From positions 1 to 64,000 of the forward strand of contig CAVZSQ010000017.1 in the NCBI GenBank assembly GCA_963777955.1: 64,000 nucleotides of DNA, read 5' to 3'. Below are positions 1-11,238 of the stretch, piece by piece. Within the stretch, counting starts at the first letter, position 1; every line of letters starts with the position of its first letter. This DNA is from Calditrichia bacterium. GTDB taxonomy: Bacteria > Calditrichota > Calditrichia > JAJRVZ01. The notes beneath the pieces were generated by a model, which saw only the letters and a program-made list of their open reading frames with translations, had not been told where the DNA came from and made no database searches. The position numbers and the translations under genes are program-made.

Positions 1-299
1 GTAGTATCCGCAGATACAATTTCATATCGGAGTTTAACCGGACCATGGTGTGAATTTTCTACCCCGATTGTTCTGATCATTATCATTATTCTACACCAAA
101 GTGGTAAGTTCTCAGCTGTTGATAGCCCCTTAATCTGCTGCCGCACCTCGGCATGTCCTCATCGAACATCTCACTGAATCCTGCACACTGCTGTCTTATA
201 AACTCCGAATACCTGGATTTGTATTATGATAGTTTATTATGTCTGTCGTCAATGAAGTGTGCCGACGGGAGGAGAACGCACTTAGGCAAAGGATGTCGG

Positions 300-1738
300 T
301 AAGCCTCCCCTACTCATATCCGATTATGGCGCCGATGTCACAACGATCGACTGCTGCGGACGCTGTTACCATCAAAATCGGCGGCCGGGCCTGATAAATG
401 TACCGTTCATATCAGCTTGTCACACCACGTCGATAGAACTCTTCGCGAGATGGCGTGTTCGGAAAATAAAGGATCAGCCAGAAACGCCATTATAATATGT
501 AAAACAGATCCTATCAAAGAGTTATAAACCTGAATATTCCATAGTGGTGGGCATCGATTTCACCCTGTTGGCTTATTATTCAATATTGTTCAACATACAT
601 TGCCATGAAGCATCCCCTCCATAGATTGCGTATTAAAAAGTTTGTTACAAAAATTGTTCTTCCCTGCCATATACAGTCGTCGCCACATTTTTTTCAAAAA
701 GGTTTTCCTTTGATGGTCACTTCACCTGTCCATTGAAAATAAATACCGGCGCCATAAACATCCACGATCGATGACTAACTTAATGTTTGCCCGAAAGATA
801 TTGCCTTGAATATACCCCTCTGGAAGTGGATGTGTTGCTGATAGAGCATACATGCACACCCCCTTCACGAGACAATCTGTACATTGATACTACTGAGTCG
901 CGTTCAAATAGATTTCCTATCACCCTGGCCGATATACCCCCGAGGTCGACACCTCCTCCGGAACCATATAAGGAATTGACTGTGTCATTTTGAACATAAT
1001 TATCCGAAATACGGTTCTCTTCTATGACCATGTAAGGGACAAATGAGTCTGTTCCATTTCGGCGCTTCACCCCGCCCCCTGCAGCATATTGGGCAACTAA
1101 GCGGTTATGGACGATGTAATTTCTGATCAACCGGGCTCCGGATGCATTACAAAAAACTCCTCCTCCCACCAGGTAAGGATTGCCAGGGCTGTAACGGGTC
1201 CCTGCTTCCTCCCCGGATGGTCAATCCACACAGTACAGAAGTCGTGTCCACCATCGACAAAATACACCACCGAACCGCTGTCCGGATCGGTTGAACCGCT
1301 GCCGTCAATGATGGTTTTCTCGATATGCGTGGTATCTCCGTCAACCAGGTACAGGCTACCCACTACAATGGCCTTCCCCCTGTAACGGATGTTTTCCAGA
1401 TAGGTCCCCTCAGAAACCAGCACCGTATCGCCATCAGCACAGGCATCGATAGCAGATTGAATAGTGGCATAGTCCTGCGGAACCCGGTAGGCAACCCCTT
1501 TGATCTTGTCTGCCGGTATCGGGTGTATGGATTTCTTTCTGGATTCGTATGGCTGAAGATTAGATGGCAAATACACTGGTCCTTTTTGTGTTCCGGCTAC
1601 TTTTCCTGGTCCCATCAATCGGGGTTCAGGCTGCGCAAGCGATAGGATGATGCTGGACAGCCGCCACAGTCGCCAAACAAGAAAAACACTAAAACAATTT
1701 TCTTCATGTCTTCTCCTCCTATGTAATGGAAAGGTCAA
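300..1738 (-). CDS. Secreted right-handed beta-helix (pectin-lyase fold) protein with a probable choice-of-anchor Q-like C-terminus; multiply frameshifted, boundaries approximate
   Basis: ORF 1127-1738 has VPQDYATIQSAIDACADGDTVLVSEGTYLENI...TIIDG. ORF 780-1169 has GGG/N-rich beta-helix repeats. On the minus strand, 320-485 reads as ADPLF...DFDGN...RCDIGA fragments. Confidence 0.6.
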
Positions 1739-2018
1739 ATGAAAAACACTTCAAAAAACAGCATAAACAACTGCAGTAAGGAACTTTACTGCTACATCCT
1801 TACTCAATTCAATAAAGATATATGTTTAAAATACAAGAAATGTATGGATACCAGCGGTATACTGAATACTAAAGGAAAGATTAGAATAATACTTATGCTG
1901 CTTGTAAAATGCCGGTTTGACGGTATATAATATACTGTGCGATTTTGTCAAATCAACAGATATTTTAGGGAATGCAGTTTCTTGACAAAATGGACAGTCG
2001 AGTCAATGTTTAAAAAAA

Positions 2019-2084
2019 ACCCACCCCTTCATCCCCTCCCCGTCCGGCAACTGCCGGACAGGGAGGGGACTTGAGGGGTGGGTC
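2019..2084. repeat. REP-like palindrome family A, copy 1 (ACCCACCCC..CCCCTCCC-stem-GGGAGGGG..GGGGTGGGTC)
   Basis: Imperfect inverted repeat with inner stem GTCCGGCA/TGCCGGAC; overlaps the msrB stop codon; seven copies in the window. Confidence 0.85.
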
Positions 2085-2529
2085 ATTTCTTAATCTTTTT
2101 CAGCGCCAGCGCATTGATACAATAGCGCAGACCGCCCGGTTTGGGTCCGTCGGGAAATACATGCCCCAGATGTGCTCCGCAGGTATTACAGAGAGTTTCC
2201 ACCCGCTGCATGCCGTAAGAGTTATCGAGATGATAGGCAATGACATTTTCCTTGATCGGTTGAGTAAACGAAGGCCAGCCGGTACCGGATTCAAATTTTT
2301 CTCCGGAATCGAATAAAAGCGTACCGCAGCAGACACAGGCATACAATCCCGGTTCAAACAGGCTGCACATCTCTGAACTGAAAGCCTTTTCGGTACCTTT
2401 TTGCCTGGTAATATTATACTGCTCGGGTGTGAGTAGTTTTTTCCATTCGGCCTCAGTTTTGGTCACCACACTGTCCGGCTGCGGATTTCCCTTTTCCGCA
2501 AAGCGCAGAATATCCTTCCAGGTTAACAT
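2083..2529 (-). CDS. msrB: Peptide-methionine (R)-S-oxide reductase, catalytic domain (N-terminus may extend to 2764)
   Basis: RQKGTE, CVCC/CNTC zinc motifs, KFESGTGWPSF, HLGHVFPDGP, RYCIN. Confidence 0.95.
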   Translation of the reverse strand: MLTWKDILRFAEKGNPQPDSVVTKTEAEWKKLLTPEQYNITRQKGTEKAFSSEMCSLFEPGLYACVCCGTLLFDSGEKFESGTGWPSFTQPIKENVIAYHLDNSYGMQRVETLCNTCGAHLGHVFPDGPKPGGLRYCINALALKKIKK

Positions 2530-2785
2530 AACTTTTTCCTTTTGTTTAGCACTTTGATTGCTTTCTTTGTTCAATAATAATGGTTGCTCTAAACTTGCCA
2601 GCTGAGCATGGTCTTCAGCTTTGGTCAATTTCATATCATTGTTTGATCGTAGACGAAAAGGATTCCGGGATTGCTTGTCCAGAGTCGCATGACTAAAAGT
2701 ACAACCACAATCGTTCCGATCAGAATGACAATTATCTTCCATAGATTTGTTTTAAAACTTTCATGACGATCCTCTTTGTATGATA

Positions 2786-2851
2786 ACCCTCCCCTTTCAT
2801 CCCCTCCCTGTCCGGCAGCTGCCGGACAGGGAGGGGAAAGAGGGGTGGGTC
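2786..2851. repeat. REP-like palindrome family A, copy 2
   Basis: CCCCTCCCTGTCCGGCAG-CTGCCGGACAGGGAGGGG perfect stem, just downstream of the SDR stop. Confidence 0.85.
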
Positions 2852-2856
2852 ATTAA

Positions 2857-3570
2857 TCAAAACACCCCGCCACTGCTCTCCAGATCGATCTCCCTGATCA
2901 CCACACCGCCCGGCTGCTGATAGCAATACAAAACTGCCCGGGCTACATCCTGCGCTTTTAACATTTTTTTCCGGTCCCACTTATAGGGCAAGCTGTCATG
3001 CATTGAGGTATCCACCGAAGATGGGAAAATCGTGGTAACCCTGATACCCCTGTTCTGTATCTCCAGCCGTAAAACATCAGCATAGGCTTTTAAACCGGCT
3101 TTGGAGGCACAATAAGCCGACCAATCCGGAAAGGCATTTTTCCCGGCCACCGAGTTAATAAAGATGATCTGACTTCCAGACTTCATCAGCGGCAGACATT
3201 TTTGAGTAAGCAGGAATGGAATGGTTAAATTCACCTGCAGAGTTTCCTGCCAGCTGCCGACAGGCATCTCGGCACTGGATCCGACCTGAGCCACACCGGC
3301 ACTGTGCACCAGTAAGGAAAGATTTTTCTTCTTTTTATACAGAAAGCTGATTAAAGCATCTACCTGATCAGTGTTGTTTAAATCTGCTGCAATATAGTCA
3401 CAACGATTACCTTGTTTTTTTACTGCAGCCGATATTTTTTTAAGTTGTACTTCATTCCGGCCGGTGATGATCATTTCCAGTTCTTTACCGGCCAGGGTTA
3501 TTGCTATTGCCCGACCTATACCTCCGCTGGCTCCGGTTACCAGCGCCAGATTATACGGCATTCCGCTCAC
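2857..3570 (-). CDS. SDR family oxidoreductase; candidate sepiapterin/pterin reductase by context
   Basis: TGASGGIG Rossmann motif, HSAG, catalytic S and YCASK; overlaps the folE stop. Confidence 0.85.
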   Translation of the reverse strand: MSGMPYNLALVTGASGGIGRAIAITLAGKELEMIITGRNEVQLKKISAAVKKQGNRCDYIAADLNNTDQVDALISFLYKKKKNLSLLVHSAGVAQVGSSAEMPVGSWQETLQVNLTIPFLLTQKCLPLMKSGSQIIFINSVAGKNAFPDWSAYCASKAGLKAYADVLRLEIQNRGIRVTTIFPSSVDTSMHDSLPYKWDRKKMLKAQDVARAVLYCYQQPGGVVIREIDLESSGGVF

Positions 3571-4159
3571 TCCGGATCAATTCCAGAAACTCCGCCCGGG
3601 TCTTGGAATCATCATGGAAAGAACCCAGCAGCGTCGAAGTAATCATCTTGGCTTTTTCCTTACGCACCCCCCGCATCATCATACACATATGGTAGCCCTC
3701 AATCACCACCCCTACCCCCTCCGGTTTCAGTTGGTCCTGCAAAACATAGGCAATCTGCTGAGTCATATTTTCCTGCACCTGCAGGCGGCGGGCAAACATG
3801 TCCACGATCCGCGGAATTTTACTTAAGCCTACCACCCGGCCATTGGGAATATAGCCGACATGAGCATGGCCGAAAAACGGCAGCATGTGATGTTCACATA
3901 GACTGTAAAAGTCAATGTGGGTCACCACCACCATTTCATTATAATTCACATCAAAATGCGCAGAATTGATCAACTGTTCGGGAGACTGGTTGTAACCGCT
4001 GGTTATTTCTTTATACATTTTGGCAACCCGAAAGGGTGTACGCTGTAACCCCTGTCGGTCGGGATCTTCACCAATGCCGATTAATATTGCACGTACAGCA
4101 CTTTCCAATTTCTTATTATCTTCGAGATGTTCTGATTTGATACTATTATTTTTCTTCAA
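3551..4159 (-). CDS. folE: GTP cyclohydrolase I
   Basis: [57 protein letters not shown] start at 4159 after GAGG. Confidence 0.95.
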   Translation of the reverse strand: MKKNNSIKSEHLEDNKKLESAVRAILIGIGEDPDRQGLQRTPFRVAKMYKEITSGYNQSPEQLINSAHFDVNYNEMVVVTHIDFYSLCEHHMLPFFGHAHVGYIPNGRVVGLSKIPRIVDMFARRLQVQENMTQQIAYVLQDQLKPEGVGVVIEGYHMCMMMRGVRKEKAKMITSTLLGSFHDDSKTRAEFLELIRSERNAV

Positions 4160-4581
4160 GCAGCACCTCTTTCCCTGTTTCAAAATAATTATTAGTCGGT
4201 CTCCCACAATTTTAAATAGTACAGCATATCCGCGGGAAAAATTTTATTCAACTCATCCCACAAATATTGTATGATTACTTCTCCGGTCGAAACATGGCTT
4301 TTAAAAAATTTGACCTCTTTATCCAGATGCCGGTGATCCAGCCGGTCGAGGATCTGCCGGACCAGATTATCCATTTCCTCCAAAGAAAAAATCATCCCGG
4401 TTTTTGGATCCGGTTCCCCCAGTAAGGAGACTTCCAGTTTATAATCATGGCCGTGTCCCCGCGGATTGTTGCACTGATCGTAAATCTGCAGGTTCTGTTC
4501 GTCATTAAGTTCGGCAGCATGCAGCCGGTGCGCTGAGCTGAATTCATAACTCCTGTTCAGGGTAGTTCTAATCGCCATCAT
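4149..4581 (-). CDS. 6-pyruvoyltetrahydropterin synthase family protein, copy 2 (frameshift near the 3' end)
   Basis: [33 protein letters not shown]. The C-terminus continues as [15 protein letters not shown] after a 1-bp indel at about 4195. Confidence 0.88.
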
Positions 4582-5006
4582 TTGTTTCTCCACACATCGA
4601 CATACAGATCATGGCGTTCATATAAACGTATCTTGTATAACCGGAACTCCCCTTTACCCTGTAACTGCCGGTCAACCAGGTCAAAAAGCACCCGGGCAAT
4701 ATTCTCGGTGGTCGGTATCTGTTTTTTAAAAAAGGGGGTATCGACGTTAAGATATTTATGATCAAATTGTATTACGATAGTGCTGACATGTTTCTTTAGA
4801 TCGGTCAGATTGATGATCATGCCAGTCAGCGGGTCTATTTTTCCTGAGACCGTCACATGCAGTTCATAATTATGCCCGTGACCATACGGACTGGTACACA
4901 GGCCGAATACCTGTTCATTTTTTTGCTGGCTCCAGTCCTCGCACCAGTAGCGGTGACTGGCTGAGAATTCGAATTTTTTAGTTATTAACACACGATGATC
5001 ATCCAT
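4578..5006 (-). CDS. 6-pyruvoyltetrahydropterin synthase family protein, copy 1
   Basis: FSASHRY, CTSPYGHGHNY, FDHKYLN, PTTENIA, RLYE; ATGA overlap with copy 2. Confidence 0.9.
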   Translation of the reverse strand: MDDHRVLITKKFEFSASHRYWCEDWSQQKNEQVFGLCTSPYGHGHNYELHVTVSGKIDPLTGMIINLTDLKKHVSTIVIQFDHKYLNVDTPFFKKQIPTTENIARVLFDLVDRQLQGKGEFRLYKIRLYERHDLYVDVWRNK

Positions 5007-5143
5007 AGTTACCTCAGGATTGCTGTTTCACTAATTTAAGAAAGATCAGACATATTTTATTCCTGGTAGATAGATTTCCACCCATACTGAATTCAGTCAA
5101 GACTCACCATTATTCAATCGCCTCTAGTCAAAGGAAAATCTCC

Positions 5144-5197
5144 CACTTTACCTTTTGCCCTTTGCCCTTTGCCCTTTATCCACTTACCCTTGCTTTC
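5144..5197. repeat. Heptamer tandem tract, (TTTGCCC)x3 plus degenerate units
   Basis: TTTGCCC TTTGCCC TTTGCCC TTTATCC at 5154-5181, intergenic. Confidence 0.7.
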
Positions 5198-5296
5198 CAT
5201 ATAGCGCTGTGGATATGACCAGATTATATATAATTTATCAAAACCAGTATATTTTACAATCAAATTATCAATCACAATTCCCCGGCAAAACATTTC

Positions 5297-5325
5297 TTGC
5301 CTGAGCATATCCACTATAGTATATT
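5297..5325 (+). promoter_or_regulatory. Putative sigma70 promoter of the thiamine operon
   Basis: TTGCCT-N17-TATATT, ending about 7 nt before the riboswitch aptamer. Confidence 0.55.
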
Positions 5326-5332
5326 ATGCCAG

Positions 5333-5411
5333 CCATAGGGGTGTCCCAGTTTTCGGGACTGAGATTACACCCTTCGAACCTGATCTGGATGATACCAGCG
5401 TAGGAAACGGG
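5333..5411 (+). ncRNA. TPP (THI-box) riboswitch
   Basis: GGGGTGTCCC..GGGACTGAGA..ACCCTTCGAACCTGATCTGGATGATACCAGCGTAGGAA matches the TPP consensus; lies upstream of a thiN-containing operon. Confidence 0.95.
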
Positions 5412-5431
5412 CACGTAACTTTTATTTTAAT

Positions 5432-5469
5432 GAAACCGCTCAGCTACTCTGGTGAGCGGTTTCTTTTTT
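5432..5469 (+). terminator. Intrinsic terminator of the riboswitch expression platform
   Basis: GAAACCGCTCA-N10-TGAGCGGTTTC followed by a T-run, between the aptamer and the start codon. Confidence 0.8.
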
Positions 5470-5481
5470 ATGGGGTATTAT

Positions 5482-8042
5482 ATGCAATGTAATAAATATT
5501 TGATTATAGCCTTACTCCTGGTATTAATGGCCGGCCTGGCCATGGCTCGAGCTGCCCTGCCGTATCAGCGGGAAGATAATCGATGCCGAAAACGGCGAAT
5601 CCCTGGCCGGGGCCAATGTATTAATAGAAAATTTTAACCGTGGCACCACCACCGATTCCAACGGCGATTTCCAATTTTCCGGCCTGGCTCATGGCCTCTA
5701 TTTCATCAGTGCCAGCTATATCGGTTACCAGGTTGAAAAAGTGCCTGTGGATCTGTCTACTGCCAATCACATTTCCATTACCCTGGATCTGTCCCCCATA
5801 ATCTTGCCGGGTCAATCTATTGTGGTCACTGCTACCCGGGCCCTGGAAGGAAAATCTCCGGTCACGTTTACTAACCTTTCAGCGCAACAAATCGAACAGA
5901 ATCATACGCTGGCCGATATGCCCATGCTTCTTTCACAATTACCAAACAGTTATTCATATTCTTTATCCGGTGACGAAGTAGGCTATAGTTTTCTTAAGAT
6001 CCGCGGCTTTGATCAGAAAAGAGTTGGCGTGATGATTAACGAAATCCCGCTCAATGATCCGGAAGATCAGCAGGTATACTGGGTTGATCTGCCTGACCTG
6101 GCGGAAAGTACTGAAGATATACAGGTACAGCGGGGAGTGGGCAACAGCATTTACGGATCGGCTAACTTCGGCGGCTCGATTAACCTCAACACCGAGATCT
6201 TTGCCTCCGAGCGGGAGATCAAGATCACCATGGGCGGAGGGAGTTTTAACACCCGTAAATTCCTGGCCGAATATAAATCGGGTCTGCTGCAGAATACCTA
6301 TGCGGTTTACGGCCGCTTTTCACGCATTCTCAGTGACGGTTATCGCCGGAATTCTGCATCAGATTTAACTGCCTATTTTCTTGGCTTCGAAAGATATGAC
6401 CGGAATATGACAACCCGCCTGAATATCTTCAACGGTTATGAACGTACCCACCCCGACTGGGACGGCATACCGCAGAATATGCTGTCTGCTGACCGGCGTT
6501 ATAAAAAAGAGATTTACGAAAACGCCGTCGACGATTTTAACCAGCCGCAATTCCAGTTAATTCACAACTGGCAAATCTGGCCTTTAATAAATTTGACCAA
6601 TACATTCTATTATATCCGCGGTCAGGGGTATTATGAAAATCTTAAAGAACGGAAATCTTTGTCGGACTATGGCATGAATGAGTTCGAAACAAATGACCCC
6701 GGACTGTTTGGCGCCGACTCTCTGGATTATTATTATACGGCAACCGATAGCACCCTTTATCGCGATGCCAATGGGAAATATACCGTGGCCAGCACCGATC
6801 TGGTGCGTCAGAAATGGGTGAAGAAAAATCAATATGGCTGGATCGGAAAACTGAATTATAACACTGGCGGGGGTATGCTGACTGTGGGAACAGCGATCTA
6901 TCTGTTCGATAGCGATCACTACGGAAAGGTGTTGTGGGCAAAAAATATCCCGGCGGTTTATTCGGCCGACCGGAAATATTATGGATATAATGGCAGGAAA
7001 AACAACCTGGCCGTTTACTTCAATTACTTTTACCGGTTAAAGAAGCGTACCCATGTTCTAACCAATATACTTTATGAACATAAAGAGTATACCTTTCAGC
7101 AAAATGCCGAAGGATTATTCAGCGGGACGGAACTTAATCGCTATAAAGTAAAATATGATTTTTTCAATCCAAGTTTAGGTTTGAATTACGGTATTCGTAA
7201 AAACTGGAATATCTATGCTAATATCTCTGTCTCCCATCGTGAACCCTCTGACGACGATCTGTTCGATGAGTTTACCGGGCCTGATGATCTGGGTGCTGAT
7301 CCGTTGTTTGACCGGACCGATACGGTAAGTACCGCAGGCCGGATAAAATATATTAAATGGGGTAAACCCATAGTCAATCCGGAATTGCTGCTCGATTATG
7401 AAGCCGGTCTGTCCTATCAGCATCATGAGCTGGGATTTAAACTGAATTTTTATTTCATGGATTTTAAAAACGAAATCGTTCCGGCAGGCACCGTAGATAA
7501 AGACGGGATGCCGGTTAAAGGCAATGCGGAACAGACTATTCATACTGGTGCAGAAATTGCCTTTACGGCCAAACCGGCATCATTTCTATCCCTGGATGGC
7601 AATTTCGCTTACAGCAAAAACTACTTCCGGAAATTTACTGCCCGGCAGATCACCGATTGGGACTTATCTCTGGTGGGTAGAAAAAAACTCGACGGTAATC
7701 CGATTGCCGGATTTCCCGATATGATCGGCAACCTGCGCCTGGTTTTGAACTGGCAATCCGTTTCAACCTCCCTGCTGTTCCGGCAAATTGGCAGACAGTA
7801 CCTGGATAATTCCGGAGACTGCCGACCGGACAATCGATCCTTTCCGGCGTGTAGACCTGATCCTGAATTATCAGATCAAACAACTTTTCTATTTTCCGGA
7901 AATTCGTCTGCTGTTTAAAATTAATAATTTACTGGATGAAACCTATGAAACAGCCGGCTATTATGATTCCTGGAGCGAAACTGCTTTTTACTATCCGGCT
8001 GCACCCCGCAATTATTATTTAGCGGCGAGTTTTTACTTCTGA
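5482..8042 (+). CDS. TonB-dependent receptor, likely thiamine uptake (frameshifts near 5560-5620 and about 7820)
   Basis: Signal peptide MQCNKYLIIALLL, carboxypeptidase-regulatory-like N-domain, IVVTATR, plug IRGFDQ..NEIPLND..VQRG..GGSIN, C-terminal INNLLD...PRNYYLAASFYF. Confidence 0.9.
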
Positions 8043-8054
8043 TTCAAAAACGTT

Positions 8055-8697
8055 ATGGCAGAAAAAGAACACCGTAATCTGTTAATTATTGCTAACGGCC
8101 AACCGCCCGCAGCTAAAATATTGCAGCAACTGATCCGGGAGACCGACCTGATCATTGCTGTCGACGGCGGCAGTACTATCTGTTACCATAACCATATTCA
8201 ACCTGACTATATCGTCGGCGATCTCGATTCAATTCCGGCGGAAGTGTCTGAGCATTTTAAAAATGCAAAATTAATATACCGGCCTGATCAGAATTTTCAT
8301 GATTTGGAAAAAGTCTATCGAATTTGCTCAAAGTTTAAATCCGCAAATTATTAAAATCGCCGCCGCTTTCGGTAAACGAGCCGATCAAACCCTGGCCAAT
8401 CTTTTAACACTGCAGTCTAAATTCAATCAGGTATCGCTGGAATTTTATGACGACTTCGGCCGGTTGGAAATCATTTCCGGCAGCCGCCAGCTCATGTTGC
8501 CGGTCGGCCAGGTTATCTCCCTGTTCAGTTTTCTACCGGTGTATGGTATAACTCTGCAAGGTTTTGAATATCCCGTTTATGATGCCGACTATCCGCACGG
8601 TTTTAACGGTTTAAGTAATGTAATCGCCAAACTACCGGCACAAATAAGCATCAAACATGGTGCTCTATATCTTTATACCCTGCTGACCCATGATTAA
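8055..8697 (+). CDS. thiN: Thiamine pyrophosphokinase (frameshift at about 8310)
   Basis: IIANG, AVDGG, PDYIVGDLDSI, DQNFHDLEK, GKRADQTLANL, GLSN. Confidence 0.92.
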
Positions 8698-10069
8698 ACT
8701 CGCCGTTTGGGACATTCTGGTCATTGTTCTCTATATCGTTCTATTACTTTACCTGGGATTCCGGTCATTCAGGCAGACCAATAAATCCAGGCAAGATGAT
8801 TTCTTGCTGGCCAACCGTTCACTGACCTTACCCTCTTTTGTCGCAACACTGGTAACTACCTGGTATGGAGGTATCCTGGGAATCGGCGAATTCGCTTACA
8901 ATTATGGCCTGTCTACCTGGATCGTGTTTGGTCTACCCTATTATATATTTGCCTTGCTCTACGCCCTGATCCTGGCTCCCAGGGTCCGCAAGGCCGGGAC
9001 CTTTACCATCGCTGATATGTTTTACCAGAAATATGGTAAATCCGCAGGTTTGTTCGGCAGTGTTTGCCTCTTATTCATGACCACACCGGCACCTTACATT
9101 CTGATCGTTGCTCTGATTCTACAGATCATCCTCGGCTGGTCATTTCTTATTTGTATACTGGCCGGTACTTTTTTCTCGATTGTTTATATCTATTGGGGCG
9201 GGTTTCGCAGTGTGGTCAGAACCAATGAAATGCAATTCATACTGATGTATGCCAGTTTTATTATTCTATTCTGCTACGCAATTTTTCATTTCGGCAGTTG
9301 GACCTATCTGAAAACAAACCTTCCGGCCATGCATTTAAACTGGCATGGCCATAATTCAATCCAATATATTCTGGTGTGGTTTTTTATCGCCTTCTGGACT
9401 TTTGTGGATCCGGGCTTTCATCAACGCTGTTCGGCAGCCGGAACGGAGCAGGTTGCCCGCCGGGGTATCCTGGTCTCGATTCTGTTCTGGTTTATATTCG
9501 ATTTTCTGACCCTAAGTACCGGCTTATACGCAGCGGCCTCCCTGAAAGGTATCAAGCCGGTCCTGGCCTATCCTTTGCTGGCCGACAGGCTTTTGCCCCC
9601 TTTCCTCAAAGGCTTATTTTTTTCCGGGATGCTGGCCGTAGTAATGTCAACCATCCATAGTTACGCCCTGCTCTCGGCAATTACTTTCGGACATGACATC
9701 GTCTGGCGTATTAAAAAACAACCGGATGAAAACCGCACTGTACGGTCGATCCGGCTCGGTCTGCTGGTTACGGCAATTGTCTCCATTCTGCTGGTATATC
9801 TGATACCTTCCGTAATTCAGTTGTGGTACGTGATCGGGACCTTGTTTATCCCGCCGATGCTGCTGCCCTTACTAACTGCCTATTACCCGCAGTTCCGGCT
9901 TAATTCCCGGCTGACTTTTTTGGTCATGTTGTTCAGTTTTAGTATATCTCTATTCTGGTTTGGTTGGGGACAAATACATTATGTTGCCGGTTCAGTCCGT
10001 TATCCTTTCAATCTGGAACCATTTTTCCCGGGCTTAGTGGCCAGTATGGGAATATATCTCGCCGTGTAA
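8690..10069 (+). CDS. Sodium:solute symporter family protein; putative thiamine/precursor transporter
   Basis: About 13 hydrophobic segments, DFLLANRSL, TWYGG, YWGGFRSVVRT, DPGFHQR; overlaps the thiN stop. Confidence 0.88.
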   Translation: MIKLAVWDILVIVLYIVLLLYLGFRSFRQTNKSRQDDFLLANRSLTLPSFVATLVTTWYGGILGIGEFAYNYGLSTWIVFGLPYYIFALLYALILAPRVRKAGTFTIADMFYQKYGKSAGLFGSVCLLFMTTPAPYILIVALILQIILGWSFLICILAGTFFSIVYIYWGGFRSVVRTNEMQFILMYASFIILFCYAIFHFGSWTYLKTNLPAMHLNWHGHNSIQYILVWFFIAFWTFVDPGFHQRCSAAGTEQVARRGILVSILFWFIFDFLTLSTGLYAAASLKGIKPVLAYPLLADRLLPPFLKGLFFSGMLAVVMSTIHSYALLSAITFGHDIVWRIKKQPDENRTVRSIRLGLLVTAIVSILLVYLIPSVIQLWYVIGTLFIPPMLLPLLTAYYPQFRLNSRLTFLVMLFSFSISLFWFGWGQIHYVAGSVRYPFNLEPFFPGLVASMGIYLAV

Positions 10070-10199
10070 TCTATTTACAAAAATGAGGCGGAGTAACTCA
10101 TACACCGCTGCAGAGTAGTTACATTATGTTTGCTTGCTATACCGGTCTTGACTAATTTTAATTTTTATTCGCTATTTCAATGATCAAAAATATAGTTCT

Positions 10200-11229
10200 A
10201 TGTTATATATAAACAACCTCAAGAAGATCAGGCGTTATTGGAAAGTCGCCTTAAGTTATGCTTTTGGTCTGTCACGCTCACTGGCCGGACCGCTGACGGT
10301 TCATATCGAAACAACCAATATCTGCAATTTTCGCTGTGTCTATTGTCCGCAGAGTAATCCTGACCAGCATTTTCAGAAACTGGGCCGCGGGAAGATGTCC
10401 TTTGCCAATTATCAGATCATACTGGATAAAATACTCGGCAGCCTGGCCGGTCCGGGAGATTGTCTTGACCCGTGATGGTGAACCGCTGGTACATCCGGAA
10501 CTTGATAAGTTTATAAATTATGCGGCCGGGAAAGGCTTAGCTGTAGCCATCGGTTCAAACGGTTCTTACCTCACTGCCGAACGGGCCAGACAATTGCTTG
10601 AAAGCGGTTTGACCAAGTTGAAAGGGGATTTCTGTACCGATCGTACCAAATATGAAAGATTGCGCCAGGGGGGTAAATGGGAAACAGTTCTGGCCGGGTA
10701 TCGTGCCGTTGTCGAATATGCCATGCTCCAGCGCAAAAAATTCCACCTGGTCCTGGTTGATCTGAACACTTATGATCTGCGCAACTCAAGAGAAATAAAA
10801 AAAAGTTTACAAGAATTGCAGCAACTTTTCCCGTATCCGGCGGAATATTTATCTGTAAATCCGGCCCTGATGCATAATTCTTTCGATCAGGCCTCGATTA
10901 TTCTTTCCAGCAGCCAGAAAATTCCGCAGCATAAATACAATCTCTGCCACCATCCCTGGATCGAATTGGTCATTGATTACCGGGGTAATGCCGTGGGGTG
11001 CTGCCGGGATTTGCGCAGTGAATATATCATCGGCAATATACTGGACTGCCGGGATATTGCTGCCGAAATCTGGAATGGTGACTCGATGCGTTTTCTGCGC
11101 CGGCAACTGGCCAGGAAATCCCCACAATCCATGGTCACCTGTAACAAGTGTGACCTGCCTTACGGAATTTCTTATGCCGGACGCGGAATATTAAATAAAT
11201 TCATTCGCTATATCAGACAATCAAACTGA
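10200..11229 (+). CDS. Radical SAM protein with SPASM/twitch domain (frameshift at about 10440)
   Basis: IETTNICNFRCVYC, DGEPLVHP, C-terminal CHHPW..GCC..IIGNI..EIWNG..CNKC. Confidence 0.88.
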
Positions 11230-11238
11230 AATTAAAAT

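Noticed and set aside
1739..1930. Short ORFs at 1739-1930, 5114-5314, 38017-38217, 52013-52213 and 53852-54115
   Set aside because: They run through AT-rich promoter DNA or repeat tracts and have no recognisable protein features.
2083..2529. Selenocysteine-containing MsrB
   Set aside because: The catalytic codon is Cys (RYCIN) and there is no in-frame TGA.
4149..5006. Queuosine (queD) or 7-deazaguanine DNA modification locus
   Set aside because: The motifs are CX5HGH rather than CX3HGH, and no queC, queE, queF or dpd genes are present.
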